Shown piece by piece: positions 48,606-62,454 of a DNA stretch of 64,000 nt (positions within the stretch are counted from its first letter, which is position 1; every line of letters starts with the position of its first letter). Made by a program: the position numbers and the translations under genes. Under the pieces are notes generated by a model that saw only the letters and a program-made list of their open reading frames with translations, was not told the origin of the DNA and searched no databases. The stretch lies in assembly GCA_030390025.1 (NCBI GenBank), contig CM059438.1:62250001-62314000 (forward strand). Direction: 5' to 3'. Source of the DNA: Squalus acanthias (lineage: Eukaryota).

Positions 48606-50792
48606 CTGCCGAGGTGTGATAAAGTTAATCAGGTCAGCCAGGAAGGTACCACATCAAAGACATAGCAAGATACAACTGAGACAATGAGGTGTAGTCGCAG
48701 GGGTTCTAACGTGTCAAAAGCTGCCGTCTGTATGTAAAACAAAAAGCTTTAAAAATGTTACTTTTTTACTGGGAAAATTTTTACTTTTTTACTGGGAATC
48801 ACATCTGTGAACAAGCCAACGACGACTCGAGTCCGGATCACGTCATGTATCGTGACATAAACCCAAGATCCCGGTTGAGACCGTCTTCATGAGTGCGGAA
48901 CTTGGCTATCAGTTTCTGCTCGATGATTTTGCGTTGTCGTGTGTTTCTAAGGTTGCCTTGGAGAACGCTTACCCGCAGATCCGAGGCTGAATGTCCTTGA
49001 CTGCTGAAGTGTTCCCCGACTGGGAGGTAACAATCCTGCCTGGCGATTGTTGCGCGGTGCTCGTTCATACGTTGTCTCAGTGTCTGCATGGTCTCGCCAA
49101 TGTACCATGCCGCGGTGCATTCTTTCCTGCAACGTATGAGGTAGACAACGTTGGCCGAGTCACATGAGTATGTACCATGTACCTGGTGGTTAGTGTCCTC
49201 ACGTGTGATGGTGGTATCTGTGTTGATGATCTGGCATGTCTTGCAGAGTTTGCCGTGGCAGGGTTGTGTGGTGTCGTGGTCGCTGTTATCCTGAAAGCTG
49301 GGTAATTTGCTGCGAACGATGGTACTTCTGAGGTTAGGCGGCTGTTTGAAGGCAAGTAGTGGAGGCGTGGGGATGGCCTTAGCGAGGTGTTTGTCGTCAT
49401 CGATGACATGTTGAAGGCTGCGAAGAACATGGCGTAGTTTCTCCGCTCCGGGGAAGTACTGGACGACGTAGGGTACCCTGTTGGTTGTGTCCCGTGTTTG
49501 CCTTCTGAGGAGGTCTATGTGATTTTTCGCTGTGGCCCGTCGGAACTGTCGATGGATGAGTCGAGCGTCATATCCCGTTCTTACGAGGGCGTTTTTCAGC
49601 TGAACGGGATATGACGCTCGACTCATCGATCCGACAGTTCCGACGGGCCACAGCGAAAAATCGCATAGACCTCCTCAGAAGGCAAACACGGGACACAACC
49701 AACAGGGTACCCTACGTCATCCAGTACTTCCCCGGAGCGGAGAAACTACGCCATGTTCTTCGCAGCCTTCAACATGTCATCGATGACGACAAACACCTCG
49801 CTAAGGCCATCCCCACGCCTCCACTACTTGCCTTCAAACAGCCGCCTAACCTCAGAAGTACCATCGTTCGCAGCAAATTACCCAGCTTTCAGGATAACAG
49901 CGACCACGACACCACACAACCCTGCCACGGCAAACTCTGCAAGACATGCCAGATCATCAACACAGATACCACCATCACACGTGAGGACACTAACCACCAG
50001 GTACATGGTACATACTCATGTGACTCGGCCAACGTTGTCTACCTCATACGTTGCAGGAAAGAATGCACCGCGGCATGGTACATCGGCGAGACCATGCAGA
50101 CACTGAGACAACGTATGAACGAGCACCGCGCAACAATCGCCAGCTCCCAGTCGGGGAACACTTCAGCAGTCAAGGACATTCAGCCTCGGATCTGCGGGTA
50201 AGCGTTCTCCAAGGCAACCTTAGAAACACACGACAACGCAAAATCATCGAGCAGAAACTGATAGCCAAGTTCCGCACTCATGAAGACGGTCTCAACTGGG
50301 ATCTTGGGTTTATGTCACGATACATGACGTGATCCGGACTCGAGTCGTCGTTGGCTTGTTCACAGATGTGATTCCCAGTAAAAAAGTAAAAATTTTCCCA
50401 GTAAAAAAGTAAAAATTTTAAAGCTTTTCGTTTTACATACAGACGGCAGCTTTTGACATGTTAGAACCCCTGCGACTACACCTCATTGTCTCAGTTGTAT
50501 CTTGCTATGTCTTTGATGTGGTACCTTCCTGGCTGACCTGATTAACTTTATCACACCTCGGCAGATAGTCAGGATGATTTAATTTAGTGGTCTGCAATTG
50601 TAAGGTACACATGCTTTGTTCTCTATCTATATATGCTTTGGCGATTCTGTATCTATTTACTTCACCTGAGGAAGGGGCAATCGATAGCTCCGAAAGCTTG
50701 TGATTTCAAATAAAACTGTTGGACTATAACCTGGTGTTGTGCGACCTCTCAATTTTGTCCACCCCAGTCCAACACCGGCATCTCCGCATCAT
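48606..50792. mobile_element. Penelope-like element as a ~1-kb-arm palindrome with GIY-YIG ORF halves on both strands
   Basis: Arms at 48606-49580 and 49602-50564 with a 21-nt spacer; NVVYLIRC...WYIGET...RMNEH motif; pLTR with hammerhead motif at 50662-50703. Confidence 0.93.
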
Positions 50793-53131
50793 AGAATACA
50801 AGAGCAGGGGGGTTATGCTTCAACTGTATAAAACACTAGTTAAGCCTCAGCTAGAGTATTGCATGCAGTTCTGGTCACCACATTACAGGAAAGATGTGAT
50901 TGCACTAGAGAGGGTACAGAGGAGATTGCCGGGAGTAGAGAATCTTCGCAATGAGGAAAGACTAGATAGGCTGGGTTTGTTTTCATTGGAACAGAGGAGG
51001 CTGAGGGGAGACCTTATTGAGGTATTTAAAATTATGAGGGGCACAGATAAAGTGGATAGAAAGGACTTATTTCCCTTAGCAGAGGGGTTAAAAACCAGGG
51101 GGCACAGATTTAAAGTAATTGGGGGAAGGTTTAGAGGGGATTTGAGGGGAAATTTCTTCACCCAGAGGGTTGTGGGGGTCTGGAACTCACTGCCTGAAAG
51201 GGTGGTAGAGGCAGGAACCCTAACCACATTTAAAAAGTACTTGGATGGGCACTTGGGATGCTGTAACCTGCAGGGCTACGGACCAAGAGCTGGGATGTGG
51301 GATTAGGCTGGATAGCTCTTTGTTGGCCGACGCAGACACGATGGCCGAAATGGCCTCCTTCCGCGCTGTAACTTTCTATGATTCTATGAATAGTTTCTTC
51401 ACCTTTAATTGATGGTAATATAATGTGCAGCTTTTTTTTTGGCTGATGGAAATTTGCTTCTGTCCTTGATCACGGGGCCCAATACAAACTGGTGTGACTG
51501 GTCCATCATCGCATCTGTTGAAATTTACATATCTTGCAACACAGATTGGGTCACATGGTTTCGCCCTGACAATACCTTTTCAGAAACAGGTTTTCTAACT
51601 GCATAATATTTAGATTACCAAGCAACCAGGTACAAAAAACTTATCTTCCATTAATTTACTCCTCTCTCCTCCCTCCTCGGGGTGTGATACCTCGCTGGGG
51701 TATGGTTCCACTTGCACCATTACGTATGTGTGCTTCTTGAGAGTGCATGTCAATGGGCTATTCAACCACAGTAAGCACCACTGTCGCCCAGTCTGACCTT
51801 GACTGTGTCCTTGCCCAGCATCTCCTGGCAGTAGTTGCTGAATACAGTTGGGAGCAGTAACCAAGGCCAAATTTTCCTTACCTAGCCCAGGGGAGCTGAG
51901 GGCCCATTGTAGCAACGTGGGGGGCGGTGGTCAGAGCAGGCTGATACCAGATCAAGAGATTGAACACAGGCAGTAGTTTCTCGGCTCCTCACTGAGCCAT
52001 TAAGAGAGCGCATGTGATTATACCCTTCTGAGGACATCTGATCGGCACTGTAATTTACAAGAGTTGTTATGGGAGAGGTTCCTTTTGAACAGATTTGCTG
52101 GACTAGCTGGTTTGAAGGTGAAATCCCTCTTGAAAGACCTTTTGAATGTTGTCCAGCCTATTTATAATTGAAATACTGTAAGAAAACCCAAGAAGTTGGG
52201 CTTGTTTATTTAAAAACTCGTGGAAAAATGATTCAGTTGTAATAGAAACCTAGTATCTTCATCATTTTCAAAAGATGTGTATGTTTACTTTCCAGCAACC
52301 CTAACCCCTGTTCTGGAAGTGCACATCTTAGGGTGCCATTTGAAGCTTGACTGTGATGGTCAGCTACAGTATAAAATAGCTCACTCACACTCGCATTTTA
52401 GTCTAGCCCATGAGGAATGGCCATTTTCCGAGCTACCAGAGGGGCAATACTGTCTGTGGAACTTGAGTTGCTACTTTAAGAGGAGGGGAAAGTATCCGGT
52501 AAAGACTAAAATTTTGTGTCTTGTTAATGTCAATAGTCCTTGAACCTTGTTCTTGTCACTTGATTTAAGCCACCTTTATACGGGTGCTTGTTTAGGTTGG
52601 ATTCTGGGATAGGGCCAACTATGAGCTGGCTCTCACTGTTTACACTACCAAATGCAGCCCCCTTGTTCTGGTGACAGATTCATAGTATTTGGCGGGCCTA
52701 CAGTTCTCCCACTGGGATAAGGGAGCCTTATTTATTGTAAACTCTGGGAACAGTTTCACAGGCACTGGGCCCCTGGAATTTAACCTGGACAAGCGCTGGT
52801 ATAAAAGCAGCTTTAAAAAGTAGTGATCTATTTTTTTATCTGTAGCTATTGATCACACTTGTTCAGGTTGACCGTCTTTTGGATAATAGAATGTCCTCTC
52901 AGCTGAACATTAATGATCCTATGGCACAGTTCGAAGAAGAGCAAGAGAGTTCTCCCCGTGTCCTAGCCAATATTCATCCCTTAACCAGCATCACTAAAAC
53001 AGATTATCTGGTCATTTATCTCGTTGCTTTGTGAAAATTGGCTGCCACATTGCCATACATTACAACAGTGATTACTTCAAAAGTACTTCATTGGCTGTAA
53101 AGCGTTTGAGTGTGACAGACAGAGAGAGAGA

Positions 53132-53537
53132 GACTTGCATTTATATAGCGCCTTTCACAACCACCGGATGTCCCAGTACTTTTTGAATTGTAGTCACTGT
53201 TGTAATGTAGGAAACGCAGCAGCCAATTTGCGCACAGCAAGCTCCCACAAACAGCAATGTGATAATGACCAGATAATCTGTTTTTGTTATGTTGATTTGA
53301 GGGATAAATATTGGCCAGGAAACCGGGGATAACTCCCCTGCTCCTCTTCGAAATAATGCCATGGATCTTTTACGTCCACCTGAGAGGGCAGACGGGGCCT
53401 CGGTTTAACATCTCATCCGAAAGACGGCACCTCCAACAGTGCAGTGCTCCCTCAGAACTGCACTGGAGTGTCAGCCTAGATTTTTGTGCTCAAGTCTCTG
53501 AAGTGGGACTTGAACCCACAACCTTCTGACTCGGAGG
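53132..53537 (-). mobile_element. Deu-domain SINE inserted in the tail of an older + strand copy (~52870-53610)
   Basis: Reverse complement of the 22138 and 38163 copies. Confidence 0.8.
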
Positions 53538-55624
53538 CAAGGGTGCTACCAACTGATCACTTGGGATGTCCTGAGGTTGTGAAAGGCGCTACATAAATGC
53601 AAGTCTTGGGTCCTTTGGCAGCAGTGTTAATCATTCGAAAGGTGTTGCCCAATTTTCCATTGGAATTTTACTGTAAGATTTGTTTTGAATGGTGTATTGG
53701 AATCGTGATCTAAATTGGTATTGTGCTGCTCTTTGTTTGTAATGATAGAGCAGGGAACTCTGGAAATACACAGTAGGTTGCATGGCACTTGAAAGAGAAA
53801 GCCAGGCTAATGTTCCAGATGGCATCTATCACTCGAGTGGAAGGGGAGACCCATTAGAAGTGTTGCACCTGTTCTTCAGATGCAGTCGGGTCTGCTGTGA
53901 ATTTCCTGTTTTTTTTATTTCAGCATTCTCAATATTTGTGTTTTCTTTTCATCTCCTGCATTTGCTGTACAATCACAACTGTCCAGACATCTCTGGCAGT
54001 ATTTAAATTGAGGCAGAGAGGGCCTTCCTTGCGTGTCAACAGTACCTGCTTTAGGAAAATCACCTGTAGGTGATGTAATGTTTGCTTTTAGTTCTGGCAG
54101 TGCCTGGTTGCCTCTTCAGCCTGCTGTCCATGCACATGATGAATTTCATTAGGCAGCCAGGCAGTATGTATATTCCCTTTTGAGACCTGCCATCATGATT
54201 CTGTGCTTAATCTGGAGAAATCTGTGAATTAAATAATCTCTGGCTCCATATGCTTCTGTAATTTCACTTGTATGTTTAACACCAGAAATTTCAAGAAAAT
54301 CACAACTGCAAATTGCTAGAATGTGGAACAAAAGAGTTGTGTCAAACCTATAGAAGTAATTTGCCGAGGTTGCAAACATTCGGGTTCAACCTGTGATATT
54401 GGCTGGGGAGGAGAAGTGGGTGGGTGTAGGTGTAATCAGTGGCAAGGGCCCAGAATTGGTGGCGGGGGTTGAAGATGATGGCTTTCGGTCTTCCCAGTGT
54501 TTAATTGGAGGAAATTACTGCTCATCCAAGACTGGAAATGGCCAAAGAAATGCGCAACTTTGTATTATGATAAAAGCTTACATCAATGATTGCATTTATA
54601 CATTAACTTTTAGCATAGAAAATTATCCCACGCTATTTCACGGCGGTGTAATCAGGCAAAAATGGATGCTGAGCCAAAGAAGGAGATAATTAGGAGGCAT
54701 AGTATGTTCTGGAGGAGGTTACAGAGATAGGGAGGGACAAGGCCATGAATGGATTTAAACACGAGGAAGAGAATTTTAACATGGAGGCATCGGGGGACTG
54801 GGAGCAAATCTAGGTCAGTGAGGTCAGGACATTTTGATCTCTGGTTCGAGTTCACAGTAGCAATACTGGAATCAATACTAACTGGTGTAGATAGGACTTG
54901 GATGGTCCACATACCTCACATGATTTTATATCTGGCTCAAATAATAATCCTAGAACAAATACATGATTGCACTAGTGGATGGTGTGTAACAAGTATAAAA
55001 CCTGATAAGTTGCAGTTGACAATAACGAGAGTGCACAGCGACTTTTGGCAAGCATGGGATGGGTCTGTCACGTTTTGGAAGCATGAGTTGGTGACGTGAT
55101 GTCTCCTCATCCCGTGCAAACCATCTGAAACCCTCATTTGCCACTCTCCTATTACCAGTAGCTCAGTTACCAGCCAGATAATACACGTGATGTAACACAC
55201 AGCTTGCTCACTTTTTGGCCAGGTGAGGGCTCGATACGCTGAGCAAAACAAAAGTTTTCTGCAATTTTTTTGACTGATAATGAGGATGTTAGTGTGGCTG
55301 GGTAAAGAACATAGCAGGAAATCTTCTTCTGCAAACTTAATTTTGCTAAGTTGGTATGGGGGTATCGTGTAGGAGATTGTTTTCGCCTTCTGCAGAAATG
55401 CTGCCTCAGTTTTGAAAGTCACTTGAGGTATGGGTTAGTCCAGAACATTCGTCATCTCCCCATTTATGCTTTCATCCCATACAACATAAACTAAATCCAT
55501 TGGAATTGACTCTGCCAGCTGCACTAATACTGCTGAGAGCAATTTAAGTGTTTGATTGGAACCTGCTGCCACTTGATTAAAAGTCTTAAGACATCCACTG
55601 TGCGTAGGTGTTCATTCCTGACAC

Positions 55625-57048
55625 TTTTTTTATTTCTTCATGGGATGTGGGCGTCGCTGGCAAGGCCAGAATTTATTGCCCATCCCTAATTGCCCTTGAG
55701 AAGGTGGTGGTGAGCCGCCTTCTTGAACCGCTGCAGTCCGTGTGGTGAAGGTGCTCCCACAGCGCTGTTAGGGAGGGAGTTCCAGGATTTTGACCCAGCG
55801 ACGATGAAGGATCGGCGATATACTTCCAAGTCAGGATGGTGTGTGACTTGGAGGGGAACTTGGAGGTGGTGGTGTTCCTAGTTCCTTGTCTTCTAGGTGG
55901 TAGAGGTCGCAGGTTTGGGAGGTGCTGCCGAAGAAGTCTTGGCGAGTTGCTGCAGTGCATCTTGTAGATGGTACACACTGCAGCCACAGGTGGTGGAGGG
56001 AATTAATGTTTGAGGTGGTGGATGGGGTGCCAATCAATCGGACTGCTTTGTCTTGGATGGTGTTGAGCCTCTTGAGTGTTGTTGGAGCTGCACTCATCCA
56101 GGCAAGTGGAGAGTATTCCATCACACTCCTGACTTGTGCCTTGTAGATGGTGGAAAGGCTTTGGGGAGTCAGGAGGTGAGACACTCGTCGCAGAATACCC
56201 AGCCTCTGACCTGCTCTTGTTGCCACATTATTTATGTGGCTGGTCCAGTTAAGTTTCTGGTCAATGGTGATCTCAGGATATTGATGGTGGGGGATTCGGC
56301 GATGGTAATGCAGTTGAATGTCAAGGGGCAGTGGTTAGACGCTCGCTTGTTGGGAGATAGTCCTTACCTGGCACTTGTGTGGTGTGAATGTTACCTGCCA
56401 CTTATCAGCCCAAGCCTGAATGTCGTCCAGGTCTTGCTGCATGCGGGCATGGACTGCTTCATTATCTGAGGCGTTGTGAATGGCACTGAACACTGTGCAG
56501 TCATCAGTGAACATCCCCACTTCTGACCTTATGATGGAGGGAAGGTCATTGATGAAGCAGCTGAAGATGGTTGGGGCTAGGACACTGCCCTGAGGAACTC
56601 CTGCAGTGATGTCCTGTGGCTGTGATGATTGACCTCCAACCACCACAATCATCTTCCTTTGCGCTAGGTGTGACTTCAACCAGTGGAGAGTTTCCCCCCT
56701 CCCGATTCCCATTGACTTCAGTTTTACTAGGGCTCCTTGATGCCACACTCGGTCAAGTGCTGCCTTGATGTCAAGGGCAGTCATTCTCTCCTCACATCTG
56801 AAATTCAGCTCTTTTGTCCATGTTTGAACTAAGGCTGTAATGAGGTCTGGAGCCGAGTGGTCCTGGCAGAACCCAAACTGGGCATCAATGAGCAGGTTAC
56901 TGGTAAGTAAGTGCTGCTTGAAAGCACTGTCGACGACACCTTCCATCACTTTGCTGATGATTGAGAGTAGACTGATGGGTGGTAATTGGCCAGATTGGAT
57001 TTGTGCTGCTTTTTGTGGACAGGACATACCTGGGCAGTTTTCCACATT
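55625..57048 (-). mobile_element. Second CR1-group LINE family, 3' 1.4 kb
   Basis: PISLLSIISKVME, GVPQGSVLAP, MFTDD and YKAQVRSVMEYSPLAW; A-rich tail. Confidence 0.88.
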
Positions 57049-57257
57049 GATTGCAAGGATACATTGCTTTGTGGATTTGAGACTTTCCTTTTTAGTTTTG
57101 TTGTAGAAACCTAGAAACATTGGAAATGTTTGGAAAAGTTGCTGAAAACATAATGTATTGGTAACTTTAGGTGCATAAACGCAGAAAATGCCAATCACCT
57201 TACATATGGTTTTAACAGAATTCTGTCGACTAAACAGGCTGTACGCCATAGGTAAGG

Positions 57258-57500
57258 TGGGATCAAGTGGGACAGTAGGTTATATACTGACCTTTCATCT
57301 CTGTGACGCAAGTTCGAATCCAGTGTGCACTGATGAAATGAGTTTTCCCTGCCTGCTGTCTATAAGGATCCAAATTGAACCGAGTTTGGGGTAAACGTAA
57401 CCAGATTCGCAGTGGGCCAAATCTGTCTTAATTCTGCATTAATCTGTGCTAAATTGGTGCTCTCAGTAAGAGCAGCATAAGGATGTTGGGAGAAGTGGAA
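57258..57500 (+). mobile_element. Highly decayed tRNA-derived SINE, possibly LF-SINE-related
   Basis: CCTTTCATCTCT...GTTCGAATCCAG head; resemblance to LF-SINE is from memory only. Confidence 0.35.
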
Positions 57501-59132
57501 TTGTTACATTGGTGCAATAGGAGGTGCTCTTCTGAAGTTAGGGTTAAACTACTGGGCAAAGTAAAGGCAACTTTAGACTGCATCTGCTGGACCATTCTTG
57601 GCTTGATGGTAACACTGGGAGCCCCAAGTCTCCATTCCTTTGCGCTAACATTGCTCACCTTAATGAGAGCAATTTTTTTTCAAAGTATTTCTTTATTCGA
57701 AGTTTCTGCATTAGGATTCACTTATAGGCGATAAAGGTCTTGGGTCCGGTGCCTAGTCCTGTGAAGCTGCTGATAAAAAGAGAACCAAAAACATCGAAAA
57801 GTGACGAACCACTCGCATTGTCCTTCACTACTAAGAGAGGATTTCTGAGAATCATTATCAACTCTTATCCAACCTGTGATGCCTGAGGTAGTGCCATGGG
57901 TTTTGAACATTAGTTTTCTAGCCATGAAACCTTTCGGGTTGATGAACACTAAACACATCACTATATGTTTAAAGGCAGTATTTTTTGCTTAACTATGGCT
58001 TGTATGAAGTAGCCATTTATGGGTTTAGTTCTGTACACTGCGTAATTAGTAAAAGGTGCCTGTAGGATATTGTGTGCTTCAGTCATGGTGCAATTTGACA
58101 GAAATTTTGGTAATTGGCGTATCTGTGGTAATAATGATGTTTTGTTAATTGCTGTGTTCACAGCTCGCCATCTAATTTGCTTCAGATCTGACACGCATTA
58201 CAACAAACCTGGGCGATGGAGCGTGTCTATGTCTGAATTAAACACATTACCTATTTTCCTGTCAAAACTATTAATCCGTGCACTAGCATTAAACAGGTTT
58301 AACAAATCCTTCCAGTACTGAACACATTTAATTTTCCTTTGCTATTAAGAGAGTGTTTTCTCCCAATTTTTTCCCCTCCTTTCCTGACTGCACTAACTCA
58401 TATTGGGTTACTAAAACACAGGCATCTGTAGCTATTCAGCCTAGTGGCTATTCTTTGAGCCTAGACAGTGAGTGCTGGTAGATGATCAACTTTGAACGGC
58501 ATCGTAAGTGAGCCTGTTGTCACCCAAAGTGTGCATATGCACGAGGGTCATTGGATAGAGATCAGACGATGGTGGTTTACCCTCGCACCCCCCAAAACAT
58601 ACGCACACACGTATGATTAGGCCAATTACAGCACCCTTCTTGCTGCCTCTTTTGAGATCAGCAAACTCAGTACTGAACAGGGCTTGGACCTGGTACTACT
58701 TGTCTGTATGGCTTAAGTTAAGACTGTTACATTCTCTAAAAGATTACATTCAACCAAGATGAAGTTTGTGTGCACCAAATCCTTTCCATCCTCTGCAGTA
58801 CTAGATGTGATGGTTGAAGAAAATTTGCCAAATGCAAGCCACACCCAGTGGGTTTTGAAATGAAGGTGGTAGAGCAGGGGTCGCTAAGAAAGTCACTGGT
58901 CTGCGACTCATTAAAAAGAAACAGAAATGGGCACTTCTAGTATATAGTGTATACGCGGTTAGAGTTTGCTTGGGGAGGTTTAGGTATGTGGGAGCGCATT
59001 ATAGTGAACATGTTTGGAATGGGTTTATTGGGTCCGTGGAACTGTTGTTGCTGTGCTTGTCTATTACCCAAAGTCTGGATCCAGCAGAGATGTGCAAATT
59101 TTGAGTATCAAAAGATTTGAAGCAAAGTTTTA

Positions 59133-59761
59133 GGGGGAGAAATTCGGTTGCTTTGCGCCTCCCGTTAGCGCCCTAAGAGGGCGTTAACGGGGCGCAAAGC
59201 AACTAACGCCTGGGTGCGGCGCTGTCACTGCCTCCCGCGAAATTCAGCGGGAGGTTAGCGGCGGCAGTAACCGTTAGCACCCCGCGGCGATGACGTCATC
59301 GCCGTGCGCAGCGCCCCACTTGTGTCCCGGCTGCGATCTTCGGTAGCGCCCCTGACTTACTGCCAGGCACTATGTCCGACGGGGTCAGGGGGGCCTACCT
59401 GCGGCTGGGGCAGCGCTAATTAAAGGTGAGGTGCCAGGCGGCCATTTTAGTTGCTGGCCACTTGCCAGCACCTGCCTCCGATGCCGTCCCCGGCCCCCTG
59501 AGCACTCCCCCCCCCTCCCCCCCCCCCCGGCGGAGTGCCGGCTGCCAGCTGGACCCCGGATCGCGCTGCGCAAGGCCCCCCCCCTTTAAGCGTCGCGATA
59601 TTCCCTCACAGTGTCCCAAGAAGGAAGGCGGGGTGCTTCCAGTAGCGCCCCGCTTTCCTTTTGGGGCGCTACCAATGAATTTCGGCCACGGGGGCACTAA
59701 TTTTTTCAGGGTGCCCAGCGAAGTTAGCGCCCCAAAGGGGGCGTGACTCAATTTTTCCCCT
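59133..59761. mobile_element. PIF/Harbinger-like MITE related to 31822-32708
   Basis: GGGGGAGAAATT...AATTTTTCCCCT termini, flanks TTA/CTA; shares TTGCGCCTCCCGTTAGCGCC..TAAGAGGGCG with the 31822 copy. Confidence 0.8.
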
Positions 59762-60384
59762 CTAGTCTTTAGCCTTTCTGTACTTTTGTTGTTTTTTTTT
59801 CTTCCCTGTGATACAAGATCCATGATTCTGCACAACAGTATAGGAAGGGTGTGAACGTGACTAGCCACCTATTTTTCTCTCTCTTGTGGAGTTGCATCAT
59901 GACTGCGCAGTACATCCCCCAATGGCTTGGCAAAGATTATGAACTCATTGGGGCATCATGGGCCCTAACCCACGTCCCAATGTTTCATGGCCCAGTGTGT
60001 GATTCCCACATGTTTGGCAAATACGCATTCCATATCCCATGAACAATTTTTTTTTAAAGTAGCAGGATAGTGGGAGGTGTATGCAATTTGAAGTTACATG
60101 TGTGGGCCTGTAGTTCTATGGAATTACAAGGAAGAAGATAAATGCATTGAGCGACTTTGTACATGGAGCTTGCCATGTTGAGCCTCGCCTGTGTACTTTG
60201 GTCGTCCAGCAGTTGTGTTCGCGTAATAAACCCAATTGCTAGCGCCATCTCTTGTCAAAGCAAACATTTATTTTTTAAGAGTATGGGTGTAATGGTATAT
60301 AGATAACGATCCGAGAAGTTTAAACATTTTCACTGCGTTGAGGTGGCCTACGCATGCAGATAACACCCATTCAAATATTTGATC

Positions 60385-60930
60385 AATAGAAACATAGAAG
60401 ATAGGAGCAGGAGTAGGCCATTCGGCCTCTCTAGCCTGCTCCGCCATTCAATGCGATCATGGCTGATCATCCAAATTCAGAACCCTGTCCCTGCTTTCTC
60501 CCCATATCCCTTGATCCCTTTAGCCTTAAGAAATATATCCAACTCCTTCTTGAATATATTTAATGAATTGGCCTCTACTGCCTTCTGTGGTAGAGAATTC
60601 CACAGGTTCACCACTCTCTGGGTGAAGAAATTCCTCCTCATTTCTGTCCTAAATGGCTTACCCCTTATCCTTAGACTGTGACCCCTGGTTCTGGACTCCC
60701 CGACCATCGGGAACATCCTTCCTGCATCTAGTCTGTCCAGTCCTGTCAGAATTTTATAAGTTTCAATGAGATCCCCTCTCATTCTTCTAAACTCCAGCGA
60801 GTATAAGCCCAATCGACCCAATCTCTCCTCATACGTCATTCCTGCCATCCCAGGTATCAGCCTGGTGAATCTTCGCTGAACTCCTTCCATGGCAAGAACC
60901 TCCTTCCTCAGATAAGGCGACCAAAACTGA
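60385..60930 (-). mobile_element. CR1 3' fragment
   Basis: ORF 60477-60890 is the ORF2 C-terminus; same subfamily tail as 38680-39007. Confidence 0.9.
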
Positions 60931-62454
60931 TTTATACTTTAGGACTGGGACTGTCAGACTTCATAGTTGTTCTTTTAAGACTGCAGTTTGTGGTTGCAAT
61001 TTCATGTTGGGTGACTGCGAAACCAGACTTTTGTGCATTGGAAAAGTGGCTCAGAAGTGCAGCCCTTTTAAACTGAAGAGCGTTAAGAACCAAGGTTGGA
61101 TTCCTAGTCTGTGCTGTGTTAGTTAATCTGGGCTGCAACAGTAGTTGGGGTGTTACAGTGGCTACCATGCCTCTATGGTGGGGGGGTAGGGGTCTCCCAC
61201 TCCTCATCATTAATGTGTATATGTATATCGCGTGTGTGTATACATACATACACATATATACACACACGACAGAGTTTGGCATGATGCCCTCCATTGACCA
61301 ATATCCTACATCTGGGATTACACATGAAAAATAACTAGTTGGGCAAATTACTGGGATGTGGCTGTTGCTGCCCCCTGTGGAACCGTATACCATCAAGAGC
61401 TGGCAGGAAGGGAAAGTGATTGGGACAAGATGGAGAAAATTTGTGGGGAGGGGGAAGCACATCTAGTATCACTTTTGCACCCGACTACAAAATTTATTGG
61501 AGTGCAACAAGAAAATAATGTTCTCGTTTTATTCTCTGGGTAATCTGGATGAAGACGACCTGTGCTGCAGCACTTATTTATGTAAGACTTTTAGAAGTAA
61601 AGCAGTAAAATCAATTTTGCAGGTGTTGCTGACTAGAAAGTGTGTCTGTAGGTGTTTTGAAAGTTCTAAGGAAATAGATGACAGCAGGGTGTCATATTTT
61701 TCGAGCATTATGGGTTGTTTTTCTGTATGAGATTAGTGCAGTGGCTCATCGTGCATTTAATACCACCTTCAAGCCCTGTGAATGTTGCTGCTCTCTTCCC
61801 TTGTGCTGTCATCAGCCAGTGTTTTTATAACTGTGGGTAATTATTAAAATGTGAAAAACCTGCAGTGCTTAGTGTTTGTTTTTTCTCTCTAGACTTTGTG
61901 AAAATGGCCTGCATTCATAAATTAACATACTGAATTTCTGTGGATGTCTGCAGCATGTAAACATTATACTGCAGTGCAGTTTTGAAGAGTCCACATTTTT
62001 CATCACCCGTGAAGACTTTTCAAGCTTGTCGCATCAATCAGCATTTCAGCATATCCTATTAAAACAATCCATTCATTCTGAAAAAGTGTCATTGTTTCTG
62101 TAAAACTGCTGTCATCATTTCAACTAAATTTACAGAATATGATAAGTTTCCAGTTTTTTTCCTCTCTTTGTTTCGAGCTGCTAATTGTTGCTGGGGAATG
62201 ATTCCATGGGCATTGGCAGCCCTACGATACATCTCCCAAGTGTTTGACTGTCATGTGTGAGCCGCGACAGTGGAGGACATCACGGCCAAGCCATGTCCTG
62301 ACCTCACCTGAGGCTAGCATGTGTACTTTTCAGCAAGGGTATGCAATAACAATTCGGAGCACAAAATCAGGCGAATAGTTTCACCTTTCTAGTCCAGGAT
62401 AGTGAGACCAATTGTAGCGCCGCCCCCTCCCCCAATCCCACAACTGTTTCTGGC

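Larger units (their letters stand above)
44935..51390 (+). mobile_element. Host CR1 fragment in three pieces (~44935-45436, 48316-48605, ~50790-51390)
   Basis: RT sequence is continuous across the inserts: KFADDTKIGC|VVDTEEG...MLAFISRG|IEYKSRGV. Confidence 0.88.
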
